Shown: one piece after another, positions 41,765 through 53,600 of the stretch
Layout: every line of letters begins with the position of its first letter
Numbering within the stretch: the stretch's first letter is position 1
Assembly: GCA_002633005.1 (NCBI GenBank)
Contig: NMRA01000014.1
Coordinates: 1,920,392 to 1,984,391 of the forward strand
DNA length: 64,000 nt
Reading direction: 5' to 3'
DNA from: Phoronis australis
Lineage: Eukaryota; Animalia; Phoronida
The notes under the pieces: model-generated
The model's input: only the letters and a program-made list of their open reading frames with translations
Told to the model about the DNA's origin: nothing
Databases searched by the model: none
Position numbers and translations under genes: made by a program

Positions 41765-43048
41765 ATGTCTCTATAGCTGGCTCTCTGTTGTCAAACGATG
41801 TAACTGCTGGTTATGTAACTGCAACGCAACTGTAACTTTAACTCATCTTCGACAGAATTTCAAATTCACTTTAACATATTTTTAACCCAAGGTCAACTTT
41901 AAGTGACTTCAACCAACCAGTGTCGTATTATTAAAGTATCTTACAGTGTTCTGGAAAGTACCACTGAACAATCACTGTCAGAACTGTTAGGATATCTATA
42001 TACATGAGCAGGATTCTAAAATGTTCCACACTATGCTTCTATTTTCTCATTACTTATGTGATGGAGCATTCTTCTAGAATGTCTTCTGGATTTCTGTTGT
42101 AAACAAACTTCATCATCACTAGCCTGGGTCATTTCAATCAAGTGCTATCTGCTACATACATGTAGAGTTTGAGCGAGTATGGATGAAAATCGTCAATTAA
42201 AAACACTATCGTCCCTCTAATGAATTCCAACCTTCAATCGTATTATACGTTTTCTCCAGAAACCAACGCATTGATCAAGCTTTCTAAATCTGGCGACCTC
42301 TTCAACACCCTGACGGTTCTCAATGCCCAGATATCTGACAGTATAATCACCTAACAGTGCGTCGTTAGCAGCTGTCAACGTTTATGGTAGGTCAGTAGTC
42401 GAGATGTTATGTAGTTTAACGTTAAGCAGGATATAGCGAGTGGTACCTGTAATATCCTAGATTCCCGTGTTGTCTTTTTCAATTAAACTAGTGAGATTTT
42501 GGGTGTTTAAAACTAATGCCCAAAGCATTCTCTGAAGTTTTCATGCAATAGTAAGCCCTCTCTTCTTAAACGTCTTAAGGAGTGACAGGACTTGACAATT
42601 TGCAAATTGTCATAAACAGTGCACTTTAAGAAGGTACTAACTAATCCTCTCTCGGTCTTCTATCTTGGCATCAGGAGACGCATTATGTAGAGACTGAAGA
42701 TGCCCTGCCAGGTGCTTTTGCAGCGTTTTTTGTACGCCTTAGTACTGGCGTGGGGACAGGTAGTGGTGTGTATACCAAATGCTACACGAACATTCGGGTT
42801 TTGTCATTGTAAGCAGACAATTTTCGTACCGTAGAGGAATGCTTCACCAGAAGTTTGATGTCGGAGACATAAACATTTAAGTCATGTGTCGTTCGAGGAC
42901 CCATCCAGATATAATTAAAGTGTGCTCTGGACCCCAGGATCTCCAGGCATGTATGTCCAGCATTGCAACCATGCAGTTTTTTCGCACGACTAATAGGTCA
43001 GTGTGCTGGCAAAGTTAGCGTGTTCAAGATCCAAGTGCGAGAGGTTAA

Positions 43049-44094
43049 AGGCGAAGGCAACCTTTTTCCATGTCATTTTGAGCTAAAATAAGGTTGGTTG
43101 GTTATCCTAGACATATTTTCCACTTAATTATAGCTTTTCATAATTTTATTAATTACTTGTCCGCTACTCCGGAAGTGACGTTTTAGGAGGCAAGCATTTC
43201 GTGCCAATTTCTTTTCATACAGTCTGACTGTGAGAGCTGCCGAGTCAGTCATTGTTCTACCTCGGTTGTGTTAAGTTCCGTCGTCGCTTGCTTTCATTTA
43301 CTAGTGAGTCAACATGCCACACTGTTGCTGCGTACCAGGATGTACTAATTATTGGCTCACGCGCGCTTTGGGAGTACCTTTGCATCGCTTTCCGATGGAT
43401 GACACACTTCGCCGTACTTGGCTCGTTCGTGTGAAGAACGCAGCGTTACCCGTCCACGCAACGTACAAAGAAGTGGAGAATTACCGTGTGTGTGGCGAGC
43501 TCTTTCTGCCGTCCGATTACGAAAGGGATTTGTACTCTGAACTGATGAAGGTCCCTGCGAAACAACGTCTGAAGAAAGATGCCATTCCGTCTGTGTTGAT
43601 TCCCGGCAGTGCCCCATCGCCACCCCCGAGAAGTGCGTTTTTGAAGCGAGAAGCCTCGCGAGCTGTGGCCTGTACAGGGACTGGAGCCAGTGGAGGCACT
43701 TCATCTACTGTCACCCGTGCCTCCGAACGTACCCCACAGCGTGCAATTCCTGGAACCAGTAGTGATTCGCCCTGTGCTGTTTTCTCCAGCCCAGAGCCTC
43801 TAAGCAGCCCTGCAGCGATATTGAGCAGTGGGAGTGATTACAGGCTCAGTTCGACACCCGGTAAAGAGGACAGTTCGTCGTCCAGTGAACAGATCGGTGA
43901 GACCAGATTTGCACGGTAAAGTCAACGCAAAACCAAGTGGCGGGAAACGCTTTTCTCCTAAAACGTCACTTCCGGAGTAGCGGACGAGTAATTTATAAAA
44001 ATACGAAAAGCTGTAATTAAGTGGAAAATATGTCTAGGATAACCAACCAACCTTATTTTAGCTCAAAATGACATGTAAAAAGGTTGTCTAGCCT
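43049..44094 (+). mobile_element. Kolobok-type DNA transposon, internally deleted copy A
   Basis: TTAA at 43045-48 and 44095-98. AGG...CCT termini and ~150-bp TIRs. Contains a THAP ORF. Confidence 0.85.
43314..43919 (+). CDS. THAP-domain ORF (N-terminal part of the transposase), 201 aa
   Basis: MPHCCCVPGC...LHRFP...RRTW...VCGELF...RLKKDAIPSV is a THAP signature. The Zn-ligand His is Leu here (copy B has CGKHF). No DDE domain follows. Confidence 0.7.
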   Translation: MPHCCCVPGCTNYWLTRALGVPLHRFPMDDTLRRTWLVRVKNAALPVHATYKEVENYRVCGELFLPSDYERDLYSELMKVPAKQRLKKDAIPSVLIPGSAPSPPPRSAFLKREASRAVACTGTGASGGTSSTVTRASERTPQRAIPGTSSDSPCAVFSSPEPLSSPAAILSSGSDYRLSSTPGKEDSSSSSEQIGETRFAR

Positions 44095-44527
44095 TTAAAG
44101 AGAGGGCGTTGAATGACGTCGAATTTCATGAATGCCGACAAAGAACCATATGTAACAGTTGTGGTGTCATTAAGGTGGTAAAACAGTTGGCGAAAGTGAA
44201 TGACAGCAGCCGCCCAGTTCACCTCACTATTTGACAATCAGTTAGTCTATGTTTGGAAAGAGAGGTTTAACTAAATTAGTCTATTATGTGAGTGTTACCG
44301 TACCGTCTCCTTCTAAGTTCCTCAACGAAGCAGTGTCATATTTATGTTGTAGATCAGTTCGGGAGGAAAATGGAGTCGTCCCGGACACCAAGCATACAGT
44401 CAAGTGCATATGTCATACACGTTCAGCTGTCCGTACGTGGCCGCTCTTGAAGAGTAAGTCACTATTGTCTGGTACTTCAACGTGACCGACTGTCAATTGG
44501 AAACGGATAACCAAAGTGTTGACTTAA

Positions 44528-45689
44528 AGGCGAAGGCAACCTTTTTCCAAGTCATTTTGAGCTAAAATAAGGTTGGTTGAGTATCCTAGACATATTTTCC
44601 ACTTAATTACAACTTTTCGTAATTTTATTAATTACTCGTCAGGTACTGCGGAAGTGACGTTTTAGGAGGCAAGCATTTCGCGCCAATTTCTTTTCATATA
44701 GTCTGACTGTGAGAACTGCCGAGTCAGTCATTGCACTACCTCGGTTGTGTTAAGTTCCGTCGTCGTTTGCTTTCATTTACTAGTCAGTCAACATGCCACA
44801 CTGTTGCTGGGTACCGGAATGTACTAATTAGCGGCTCACGCGCGCTTTGGGAGTACCTTTGCATCGCTTTCCGATGGATGACACACTTCGCCGTACTTGG
44901 CTCGTTCGTGTGAAGAACGCAGCGTTACCCGTCCACGCAACGTACAAAGCAGTGGAGAATTACCGAGTGTGTGGCAAGCACTTTCNNNNNNNNNNNNNNN
45001 NNNNNNAAGTGGGACAGTTGTTCCTCTGTCCGTGGTATGCCGGAGGTCCACTTAACCATGTCCAGTAGTGGCTTGGCCTCGTCGAACTCTGAACAGCACA
45101 AGTATTCCATTGAGGTAGGCACAACAACACACACAGTGCATTTGCACCAAGATGTGTCACCACGTCTCTCCTCAGTAGCCGCCTTGTTCTCTCAACAGCT
45201 GCCTGTGCCTGTGCATACTCAGCCTCGTTATACTCGGGCTCAAACATGCACCCACCCACTGAATGTCCGTCAAAAAATTCCTCGTCAAGACTGCTGTGAA
45301 CAATCTCCGTCACTCACACTACTGTCACTGTGATACGGGTCACCGACTCCAGCCATTTTCAGCTTACAACACACTAAACAATCCCTAAATCCAACGTAGT
45401 TGAGTTCTCTACTAACCTATCTTGCCGCAGAATACTCGCCGATGAAAAGTGGTGGCGACAATTGTTGAAAAACAGCACAAAACAAAAGTAGAATAGAACA
45501 GATTCGCACGTTAAAGTCAACGCAAAACCAAGTGGCGGGAAACGCTTGCTTCCTAAAACGTCACTTTTGGAGTAGCGGACGAGTAATTAATAAAATTACG
45601 AAAAGCTGTAATTAAGTGGAAAATATGTCTAGGATAACCAACCAACCTTATTTTAGCTCAAAATGACATGGAAAAGGTTGCCTTCGCCT
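44528..45689 (+). mobile_element. Kolobok-type DNA transposon, copy B (contains an assembly gap)
   Basis: TTAA at 44524-27 and 45690-93. Same ~150-bp TIRs as copy A. THAP with an early TAG (MPHCCWVPECTN-stop) on plus and a convergent Cys-rich ORF on minus. Confidence 0.85.
45007..45356 (-). pseudogene. KolX-like / P2X7 C-terminal (ballast)-like Cys-rich ORF, frameshifted
   Basis: Frames join as MAGVGD...GCMFEPEY...ERRGDTSWCKCTVCVVVPTSMEYLCCSEF, matching the FEP...WCxCxxC...ExxCCxE pattern. Tail-to-tail with the THAP ORF. Confidence 0.7.
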
Positions 45690-47054
45690 TTAATGCAGGG
45701 TGTCAGACAAATTGAAGGACGTTCCACAATTACCGTTGATCTGAGCCAGACGCCACGTCGCCAGAAGTCGCAAGACATTTACAATGGCCTCTGCACATTT
45801 GTGATCGTGTCCACGAACAAGACCTACGCACAAGACAAACTGATTGCCACTGTAATGCTCATAAACCCTTTTCAGAATTAAACAAAGAGCTGAAAATTGA
45901 CTGAGTACTTTTCTCTTACGCTCAAAGACTTAGAGACATCGTAAGATTGCCAGACATGGAGTCACAGCAGCCTTGGCAACAATGACTGCACTTAAAGGAG
46001 CCTAAGTACACGCACAGTACAAGCATAGTCACTCTGATTGACATGTGAGCTTTTAGTAGACGTCGCTTTTATTTGCTAGCATTTGGCCTCGGTTTTCTGA
46101 ACGGTACTTGCTCACGGGTACGTGTTATTGTCAGATGTGCTTCCATAAGTGAACCTATGATCAAAAAGAAGTTGTGTTAAGAACACAAACCCTTGTTATT
46201 TATTTCGCACTACTTTGGCGGAAGCTTCAATGTGAAATTTCTTTGTTCACAAAACTGTTAATATTCTACACTTTGTGAACGGCTTATAGAGTTCATTTCT
46301 CACATTGGAAATCACTCTCATTGATACGATTGACGAAAGACTTCGTAGCGTTCGGTAGCCCGATGTTTCTTGTGAGAAAAGCGAGGTTACGCAAGATGTG
46401 CAAAATCTCGCAAATGGAATATAGGCAGAAATGTGCTGAATATATTACTGTCGATGCGCTAAATTTTGCCTGCAAAGCTCCGTACGAAATATATGAGAAT
46501 GGAATGTTAATAACATTTTAAATGCCGAGGGAGTTAATTACCCAATTTTTCGATAGCCTGTTGTAGAGGGTGTATGTTAAGAATACTGCATAGTACCAAG
46601 GTCATTTATGAAAATTTGCTCGACCCCTCCGAGCTCCCCCCGGGTGAGCGCATGGTCTACGTTTGTGGATCCTTCGCCACCAGGCTTCAATAAAACCAGT
46701 TCTACACATGTACCACGGCAGTCCAAGCTGAAAGTACGACCGTGCCATCGCTTACGAAATCAATTAGCGAGCAAACAAAATGAACGACTTAGACAATAAA
46801 CTGGATAAAGACACCGAAACATTGCCATTGACTGTCGCTGAGAACATGCAGAGTCCAGTGGCTACACACACGACAGCAGGAAACCTGTTTGCATATTCAT
46901 CAGCGGCTGCCAGTAGAGTGCCGACAAACATCTCAATGAATGAAATCGCACGTGTAAGCCATAAACCATTTTCAGGAATGATCAACACTCCAACACTGAC
47001 TAGTACTCAATACAAGAAAACACAAGAAATAACAATGGTTAGTAGTAATATAAA

Positions 47055-47927
47055 TATAGATTATTACATGGCGAAGTCGTTATCCCCCGTTATCTAGAGC
47101 CCGAGTGGATTTTGGAGAATTATCGCCCGAGGGGCGTCAGCCCCGAGGGTGATAATTCTACAAAATCCACGAGGGCTCTAGATAAGGGGGATAACGACTG
47201 AGAACATGTAATAATCTATTTATACCACATACTAAACGAGAAACATTTCAATGAATCGATCTACCTTTCTCGACTCGCCTCGGCTTTGTAACTACTTTCT
47301 ATGTCAGAGGCCCGGGGTCGGAGGTCGTGACCTTTTAAGAAAAGCCGAGCTATTTTTGTCAAATAATGCTTATACTCAAAACCAATTGGAAATTTAAACA
47401 AAATAGAAATGAAGTGAATCTCTAAATTAAGGTTAAGCAACTATTATAGCTTAAAACACGTTTTTTACACGCTAAGCTTCGACCGGGAAATTATCGTCTG
47501 CTAAAGTAGGTTACCACTGGTAACTGAATATAATTCTCAAGTCAAAGATCCTGACGACACGATACCTGCATTCAAACTGGAGATCGGTGATTTACAAGTA
47601 AGAGGACATTAGAGAAAAAATTCACTGAATTAAGATATCATTTTTATGGAAATTATGTGTCTTATTTTTCGGAGCGTATAAGTACAGTACAATGCGGTTT
47701 GTTGAACGTGCGATTATTGCGCGTGCTCATTTAAGTATTCTATTTTCACTCTTGATGACGTCAGTCGCTGCGTGGTGTAGTGGTTAAAGTCGGCGATCAG
47801 CACTACCAAGGTCCCGGGTTCGAATCCGTCCTCGGTTTCCCGCCAAATCGTTATCTCACTAGTGAGATAACTTTATGGGTTATTACACGGTTTTATCTGC
47901 CATTTGACGCTAATATTGTGGTATAAA
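47055..47927 (-). mobile_element. Helentron/HINE-like non-autonomous element, copy 2
   Basis: Inserted in an A-run of the pseudogene stalk without a TSD (versus gene 1 at 10910-10945). 162-nt hairpin at 47057-47218. Inverted repeat TTTATACCACA (47219-29) / TGTGGTATAAA (47917-27). Confidence 0.75.
47767..47835 (+). repeat. tRNA-like segment (Pol III A/B boxes) inside the HINE-like element
   Basis: TGGTGTAGTGG (47773-83) and GGTTCGAATCC (47817-27). Not a complete cloverleaf. Confidence 0.6.
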
Positions 47928-48240
47928 ATTGGTTACTACACTGCAGTTTAGCAGCTTTATGGAAACAGATGCTTCAGCTCCACAAATGACGACTGAAGGA
48001 ATGCTCAATGACGTAATTACGACAGCTGTTTACGGTGTTTCCGATAACTCGTCAGCTACAGCCGTCACTTTGGCAAGACATCGTTTCACGGCAGTAAGTA
48101 AATGTCCACAAGCACGAACGACATCTTCTGACGTGCTTCAGTAAGAAGCAATATCACTGCTGCTTCACGGACACAGATATTTTCAGTAAATACGAACAAA
48201 CGCGTCCAATTGCAAATAAATACGTTAAATGTTTCTCGCA

Positions 48241-48456
48241 CACAGGTTAAAAATGGGGGAGTTCGAATTTTTGGGAATTTTGGCCGTTTACTAAAACACG
48301 AGGAATCATCATAGCTGTGAATTGTGCATTTCTAGTGGACTTTTGCCTCGTTTTCTACTTTTTCGGACTTTTTATTTCTCTGAGACGGACCTTTTTGCCC
48401 ACTTCGCCAAATGGGGGGCTCCCTCGAGCCCAAGCTTCCCCCCGGGTCCGCGCATG
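48241..48456 (-). mobile_element. MITE, CATGCGCGCACCCA-terminus family, inserted in the pseudogene
   Basis: Gene 1 CTCGCAAATCG versus pseudogene CTCGCA[insert]CAAATTG indicates a 2-bp TSD (CA), as in EnSpm/CACTA-type elements. Confidence 0.7.
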
Positions 48457-48964
48457 CAAATTGTCTGTTCCCAACACCATTCCCAGTGCTATAACACGTT
48501 ATTTTACAGCAACGACTTCGACGCACAAATTTGCTATAACACAAATGTTGTTACATCTGGCCCAGAGCTTAATAGTACGTTACTTGCACTATTATCGACA
48601 GTTGTTAAAAAAAGTTCTACCCTACGCTCACTTGATATTTGCAAAGATTATTCGACTTCTCAATCAACTGTAACTGAAGACGTTTGGGAATCGTCTCAGA
48701 CAACAAAAACCATAGTGGCGTCTAAGAAATTAATCTTAACTAGTCCTACGTGAGATAAAAAATACTAAAAAAATTTACGGATTGGGTGGTTTTGCTGGCC
48801 ATACAAAGTCTTTTGCAGGTTCAACACGATATCACATTTATAGTGCTTACCCAAATTATCGTCAAAATGGTTTAACAGTGTTTAACGAAACACGACATAG
48901 AGATATATATGGCGGAGATGCATCGCTTTTTGGGTAATTTTGACTGCAGTTCGAGGTGTACATT

Positions 48965-51900
48965 TATTTTCTATCATGGTGTGGAATTCAGTGTAAAATC
49001 AATATTGATTGTATGGTTTGGTACTCTGCTTGATAGTTTGCCTAATGAAGTGTTGAAGGAAGTGTTCTTTAAAGACATTGAGCTCGACATCGGTAAAAAA
49101 GGTCTGCGGGCAGAGAACTTTCTCCATGCATCCACGGACAGTTTACACACCCATCGTCTTAGCTTTGCTCTGCAACACCTATAGACAACTGGTATGCAAG
49201 GTTCTGGTACAAAACAGGGTGCACATGCTCCTTCTTTTGCAAGTTTGTCAGCAGCTTCGTTACCGTCAATGCCAACATCGGCTTTAACCCAGTTCCCATG
49301 AACAGTTTTGCTACCTGATAGATGGTTATAAAGCTCGTTTACACAGGCCAGGACACAATGGGAGTTGGTCTTGGGCTTAGTTAAAGCTTTAACAACTGCT
49401 TGACTGTCTGAGAGTATGAAGAGTTCCTTGTTTCCAATGACTGCTTTCTTTGTCTTCACCTGCAAGGTCTGGAAAGTAAATTCCTGATCCTGACTGTCCG
49501 TTGTCAATTTTGGAGCCATCATTGTAACAAATGGACTGTTGGTCATCGTAATCAATGATTTTTGTCTGTGATTTAGGGTCGTCACTAAAACATCACTTGG
49601 CATAGCCAAAAAAGTTTCCAGTTTCTGACATCAACCTGTTGCATACATTAACATGGCTCATGCGAGCAACAGTATCAGTGATTCGCGCATTACTCCTCTG
49701 CCCATTACACTACATACGGTAAGCTGCAAGCACAGCTTCACCGCTGAGGTAAATATGCAGGGATGGCAAACCAATAAGCATTTCCATTGCAGTTGTAGGT
49801 GTCCCAGGAAAAGCAGAATAACACGCAAGCAAGCTAAACACTGAATTTGTGTCAGTTTAGTTCTAGCAGTGCTCTGTTCAAGAGATGTTATCCATATTGA
49901 TGCCACGTAAGCTAACATCGGTCTGATAACACCAATATAGACCCAGAGAGAATTCTTGTGAGAGAGTCCCCAAGTTTTACTCGCTACTCGGCAACACCTT
50001 ACCAGGGCCGACTTGGCCTTGGTTATCTTGTTCATTAAGTGAGGTGTCCAAGAAAGGCGATGGTGGAGAGTAACACCTGGTTAGGTGAATTTTTATTGGA
50101 GTGGGAGTTCAGTACCATAGAGCTTTAATGGTTTTCCATTCCACTTCCGCTTCCACTTTTGTTTTACTGCTGTTGATCTCCAAGCCAACTGTTCATCGAA
50201 TAGCAATATTAAGTGCCTTCTGGACAATACTGCGGCATGTGCAAGCATCAACACTTTACACACAGAAGACAATGTGAAGTCAGTTTTGAAGTAAGAATCC
50301 TTGCCAGGTTTGTTAATAAAAACAATCCTTGCCTTAGTCCAGGTTTCTGGGACGTAGCCTAGTCTGAGACTGGCCTTGTAAAGATTAGACGGGATTTGGA
50401 AAAGCTTGGTTTCTTCTTCCTGTAGCATCTTAGGAAATTCCATGTCTTGCCCGGGAGCCTTCCATGGTTTAAAAGACATGAGGGACAATTTAACAAGATG
50501 AATATTGTCAGAATAAATATTGATTAAGTAATTAGTAAGAATAGATCCATTTTAAGTTGCCCAAAATTTGTGCATATGTACTTTTAAATCATGGGGTCAG
50601 ACTTGTTGACATGTATTTTAACGTCAAAATCTATTTTTAGATGGTGTTTACAACTTTGGGTTCTGGGGTCAAAGTACTCTAGAGATTCTAGAATATTCTG
50701 AGATCAAATTGTAACAGCCAATAATACGCGTGAATATGATCATGTGGTTTTTATTAGCCAATCACTAAATAAGTAGAATGTTATATTATGGGCTGAAATC
50801 AGCAAGATAATCAGATGCGCTATAGTAGTTGAAGCATAAGGACTTGCTACAGTGTACAGAAGCAGTTGTACGACAGAGCCATCTCGTGGAAGATTCTAGA
50901 AAGGATCTTGGCAAGGGCAAGGGTTAACGAACCGGAAGTTAACTAAGAGCTTGTCACTTGCATTGTGGGTAGTAAGATACTACCTGAAGTGTCGCGTCAT
51001 CAGCCAGAGACTGTGACCAGCAAGAAGAATCGCGGGTAGAAGAAATTGCCTGCAAGTGTTGCATCATCAGAGACGGTGACCAGCAAGTACACTGTCGCTA
51101 TACAGTGTGTGTAGTTCGAAGAATCACCAACAGGACAGACATCCAACAAGTGGAGAGTCCTAGCTTGGATAGAAGATAAGATATTTGATCGTTTGGTTGT
51201 TTGATTAAAGTAATCTTTAAAGAGGGCGCTAGCGTAGTTTGTCTTTGTTGTTGATTACTTAATTAACAATAGGTTTCATTTGTCTAATTAGGGGTTATCA
51301 TATAATAAAATAATTACTGGATTTGATTATTCACTCTCCATCTACGCACAACTTCAAAGCATAGCTACCTTTTAAACAAACCCACACAGACAATCGTCTG
51401 ACAAGTATCAACCGTCTCATCAAAAAAGTTCATATGGATTTCCTGTTCTTGCCCATCACATACTACCACATACTACTGCATGACCAGGAATCACCCTACC
51501 GGAATAATGTTCATCCAAAATGGCCCTGAGAGTGTCACCAGGTGAACTGGTGTATGAACCGTCTTTTTGTTGGACAGCCTCCAACTGGGCAGTCTTGTCT
51601 TTCTTCAGAATCTGAACAAGTTTTGCCGTTGCTGACAAACTTGAAGATTGCTGGCAAAAATTTCTCCAGGAGCTCCTTTTTGCCGTACGTGTAACTGACT
51701 TGAAGGTTCTGTTTGCCTGACGGTAGGTGTTCCAGTCCTCTTCAGTGTCTTCTCGCCGGGCAATCCGATGAGCTTTTCTTGCCTTCTTCTGATGAGATGC
51801 AAGCACGTTTATCCACCATATCTGGCGATTAAGTTTACCAGTAAGCCTCACCATTCTCATCGGACAGGCAACATTGATGACATTAGTCAGCACAGCTGTG

Positions 51901-52720
51901 ACATTATTTGCCAGTGAATCAACATTAGTAAAAGTGTTGAGAGTTCCACTGCCCAGATTATCAATTGAATTGGAACAATCTTCATTGAAGATGTGCCAAT
52001 CAGTCTTTTTGAAATCAATGTACTCAGTGTAGAAGGTGATAGCAGAAAGTGCCATCTCAAACCTGATATATCTGTGATCCGAGAGAGAGGAAAAGGGGTC
52101 GACTCTCCAGTTCTTCACCGGATCTGCTGCAGGTACACTAATCAAAGTAAGGTTTTGGATCTATTGGAGAGTCTGAACAACAAAAGTGGGTTCGTGGCAT
52201 CTATAGCAAATATTCAGCTGAGTGATGACAATGAACGCTAACAGGGATTCACTTCTCAAGTTAGTGTCTGTACTGTTCCATACGTTATGGTGTGCATTAG
52301 CATCGCAGCCATGAATGGAATGTCATTGTTGCTACAACGTCGTGTAATGAGCTGCACCATCTCAGGTGGAGGTTCCTCGACTGAGTCACCCGGCATGTAT
52401 ACGGAAACCCATCAAACAGTGCGGACAAGTCCACTTGGACTAGTAAGGTCACATGCTACAGCTACTGTGTCTCTGTCACAGAAGTCTGGCAGTGGTCTTG
52501 ACGATATGTCTTTGGTTACCAAAGGAGCTGCTCTTGGCCTCAAATTGGTTTCGAGCCGTGTTGTATATGATTTGGCATTTCTAGCAACATTAAGCATGGT
52601 GTTCCCCTTGCAGTGAGACTCCTGAATCAAAAATCAAAGACAAATAGCGAGTCGCTTTATTCAGAGTCTGCTGCAAGAGAACAGATGGATTGCTGGTACG
52701 ATGCCGATTTATCTGCCAAA
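48965..52720 (-). mobile_element. Degenerate non-LTR retrotransposon with RNase H (LOA/Lian- or R1-group-like)
   Basis: APE (IQE, SVYMP, DANAHH..W, SDHRYIRF); RT start (SFKPWKAPG, LGYVPETW..ARIVFINKPGK); post-RT (TWGLS...WVY...IRPMLAY...W); RNase H (SDSQAVVKAL, WVKADVGIDGNEAADKLAK). The RT core is deleted. Confidence 0.88.
50506..51403 (+). mobile_element. Solo LTR nested in the LINE
   Basis: TGTCAGA/TCTGACA termini. 5-bp TSD AATAT/AGTAT. AATAAA near 51304. Removing it restores the LINE frame (DETVDTHLVKLSLMSFKPWKAPG). Confidence 0.8.
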
Positions 52721-53454
52721 ATTTAAGATCACGCTCCACATCGGTAGATACTTCGGTAATATGTGTATTACCTTGAAAACCCCGTTACACTCTGTGATGA
52801 TGTCTTTTGTTTGGATGTTTGTTTTGACACGAGTCTTGAAACATCAAGCCAAGGAGATAAGGCGCCCTTATATTTTTTTTACTTTGAAGTTGGCCACTTT
52901 TACCTGCCGATGTAGGCTGAATATGCCTTTAACTAACTGCTGTTAGGCAGTAAGCATCGTAAATAACTACTCTTCGTGGACTGTGTATTCAATAGGCATC
53001 TTGGCTGTTTAAAGTGGGCATACAAGGCAGGTTTACTGGATTGCAGGCAGGAATTCCATCTCTTGCCGGTTTTCAACCCCCTACCTCTCTTGCCTCCAGT
53101 TTTATTCACATCTCACCCCAATTCGCTACCCATATCAGATGTCATCAGGCACAAATGCTGGGGGTCCAGTGAATCAGTCACAAATAACGACCACATTATG
53201 TTCTGTAAAACTACTCCGTATTTGTGAGTTTTCTACGTTGAATTCTCAATATTATTGAAAATGAGTAGGGATCTTTTCATCCAACGACCCTAATTTAAGG
53301 ACTAAGTCCCAACTATTTTGACTGAATTAAGGGCTCAGTTTTTAGTTATATTATTAGAAAACGTCATAAGTCAAAAGAGGAGCTCGTAATGAAGATAAAA
53401 CTTTGAATAAGGAATGAAAAAATACGCAAAAGATTTAGCAAAATCATTTGAGCA

Positions 53455-53600
53455 CAGGCGGATCCAGGATGGGGGTCACAGGTGTTCGCACCTCCCATTT
53501 TCCCTTGATTTTAGTGATATCAAATTGTTGACTTGGGCCAACCTTCTTAAAAAAGTTTTGATCCGACCCCCATTATAAAAAATCCTGGACCTGTCCCCCT
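53455..53600. mobile_element. Short GGCGGATCCAGG-type MITE
   Basis: CAGGCGGATCCAGGAT...ATCCTGGACCTGTCCCC. Related ends near 4175-4192, 38263-38285 and 62920-62941. Confidence 0.5.

Larger units (their letters stand above)
39500..46000 (-). mobile_element. Highly decayed BEL/Pao-like LTR retrotransposon pol relic (host of later insertions)
   Basis: Minus-strand remnants in BEL order: PELIYNINMTLLR (~44330-44370, cf. PDLxNxLxxVLLRFR), RFSSI (~42190), NNLKVEVFVNIKD (~39840-39880) and WWLAK (~39730, cf. C-terminal LKVGDIVxIKD...WxLxxV). Recognised by eye only. Confidence 0.4.
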
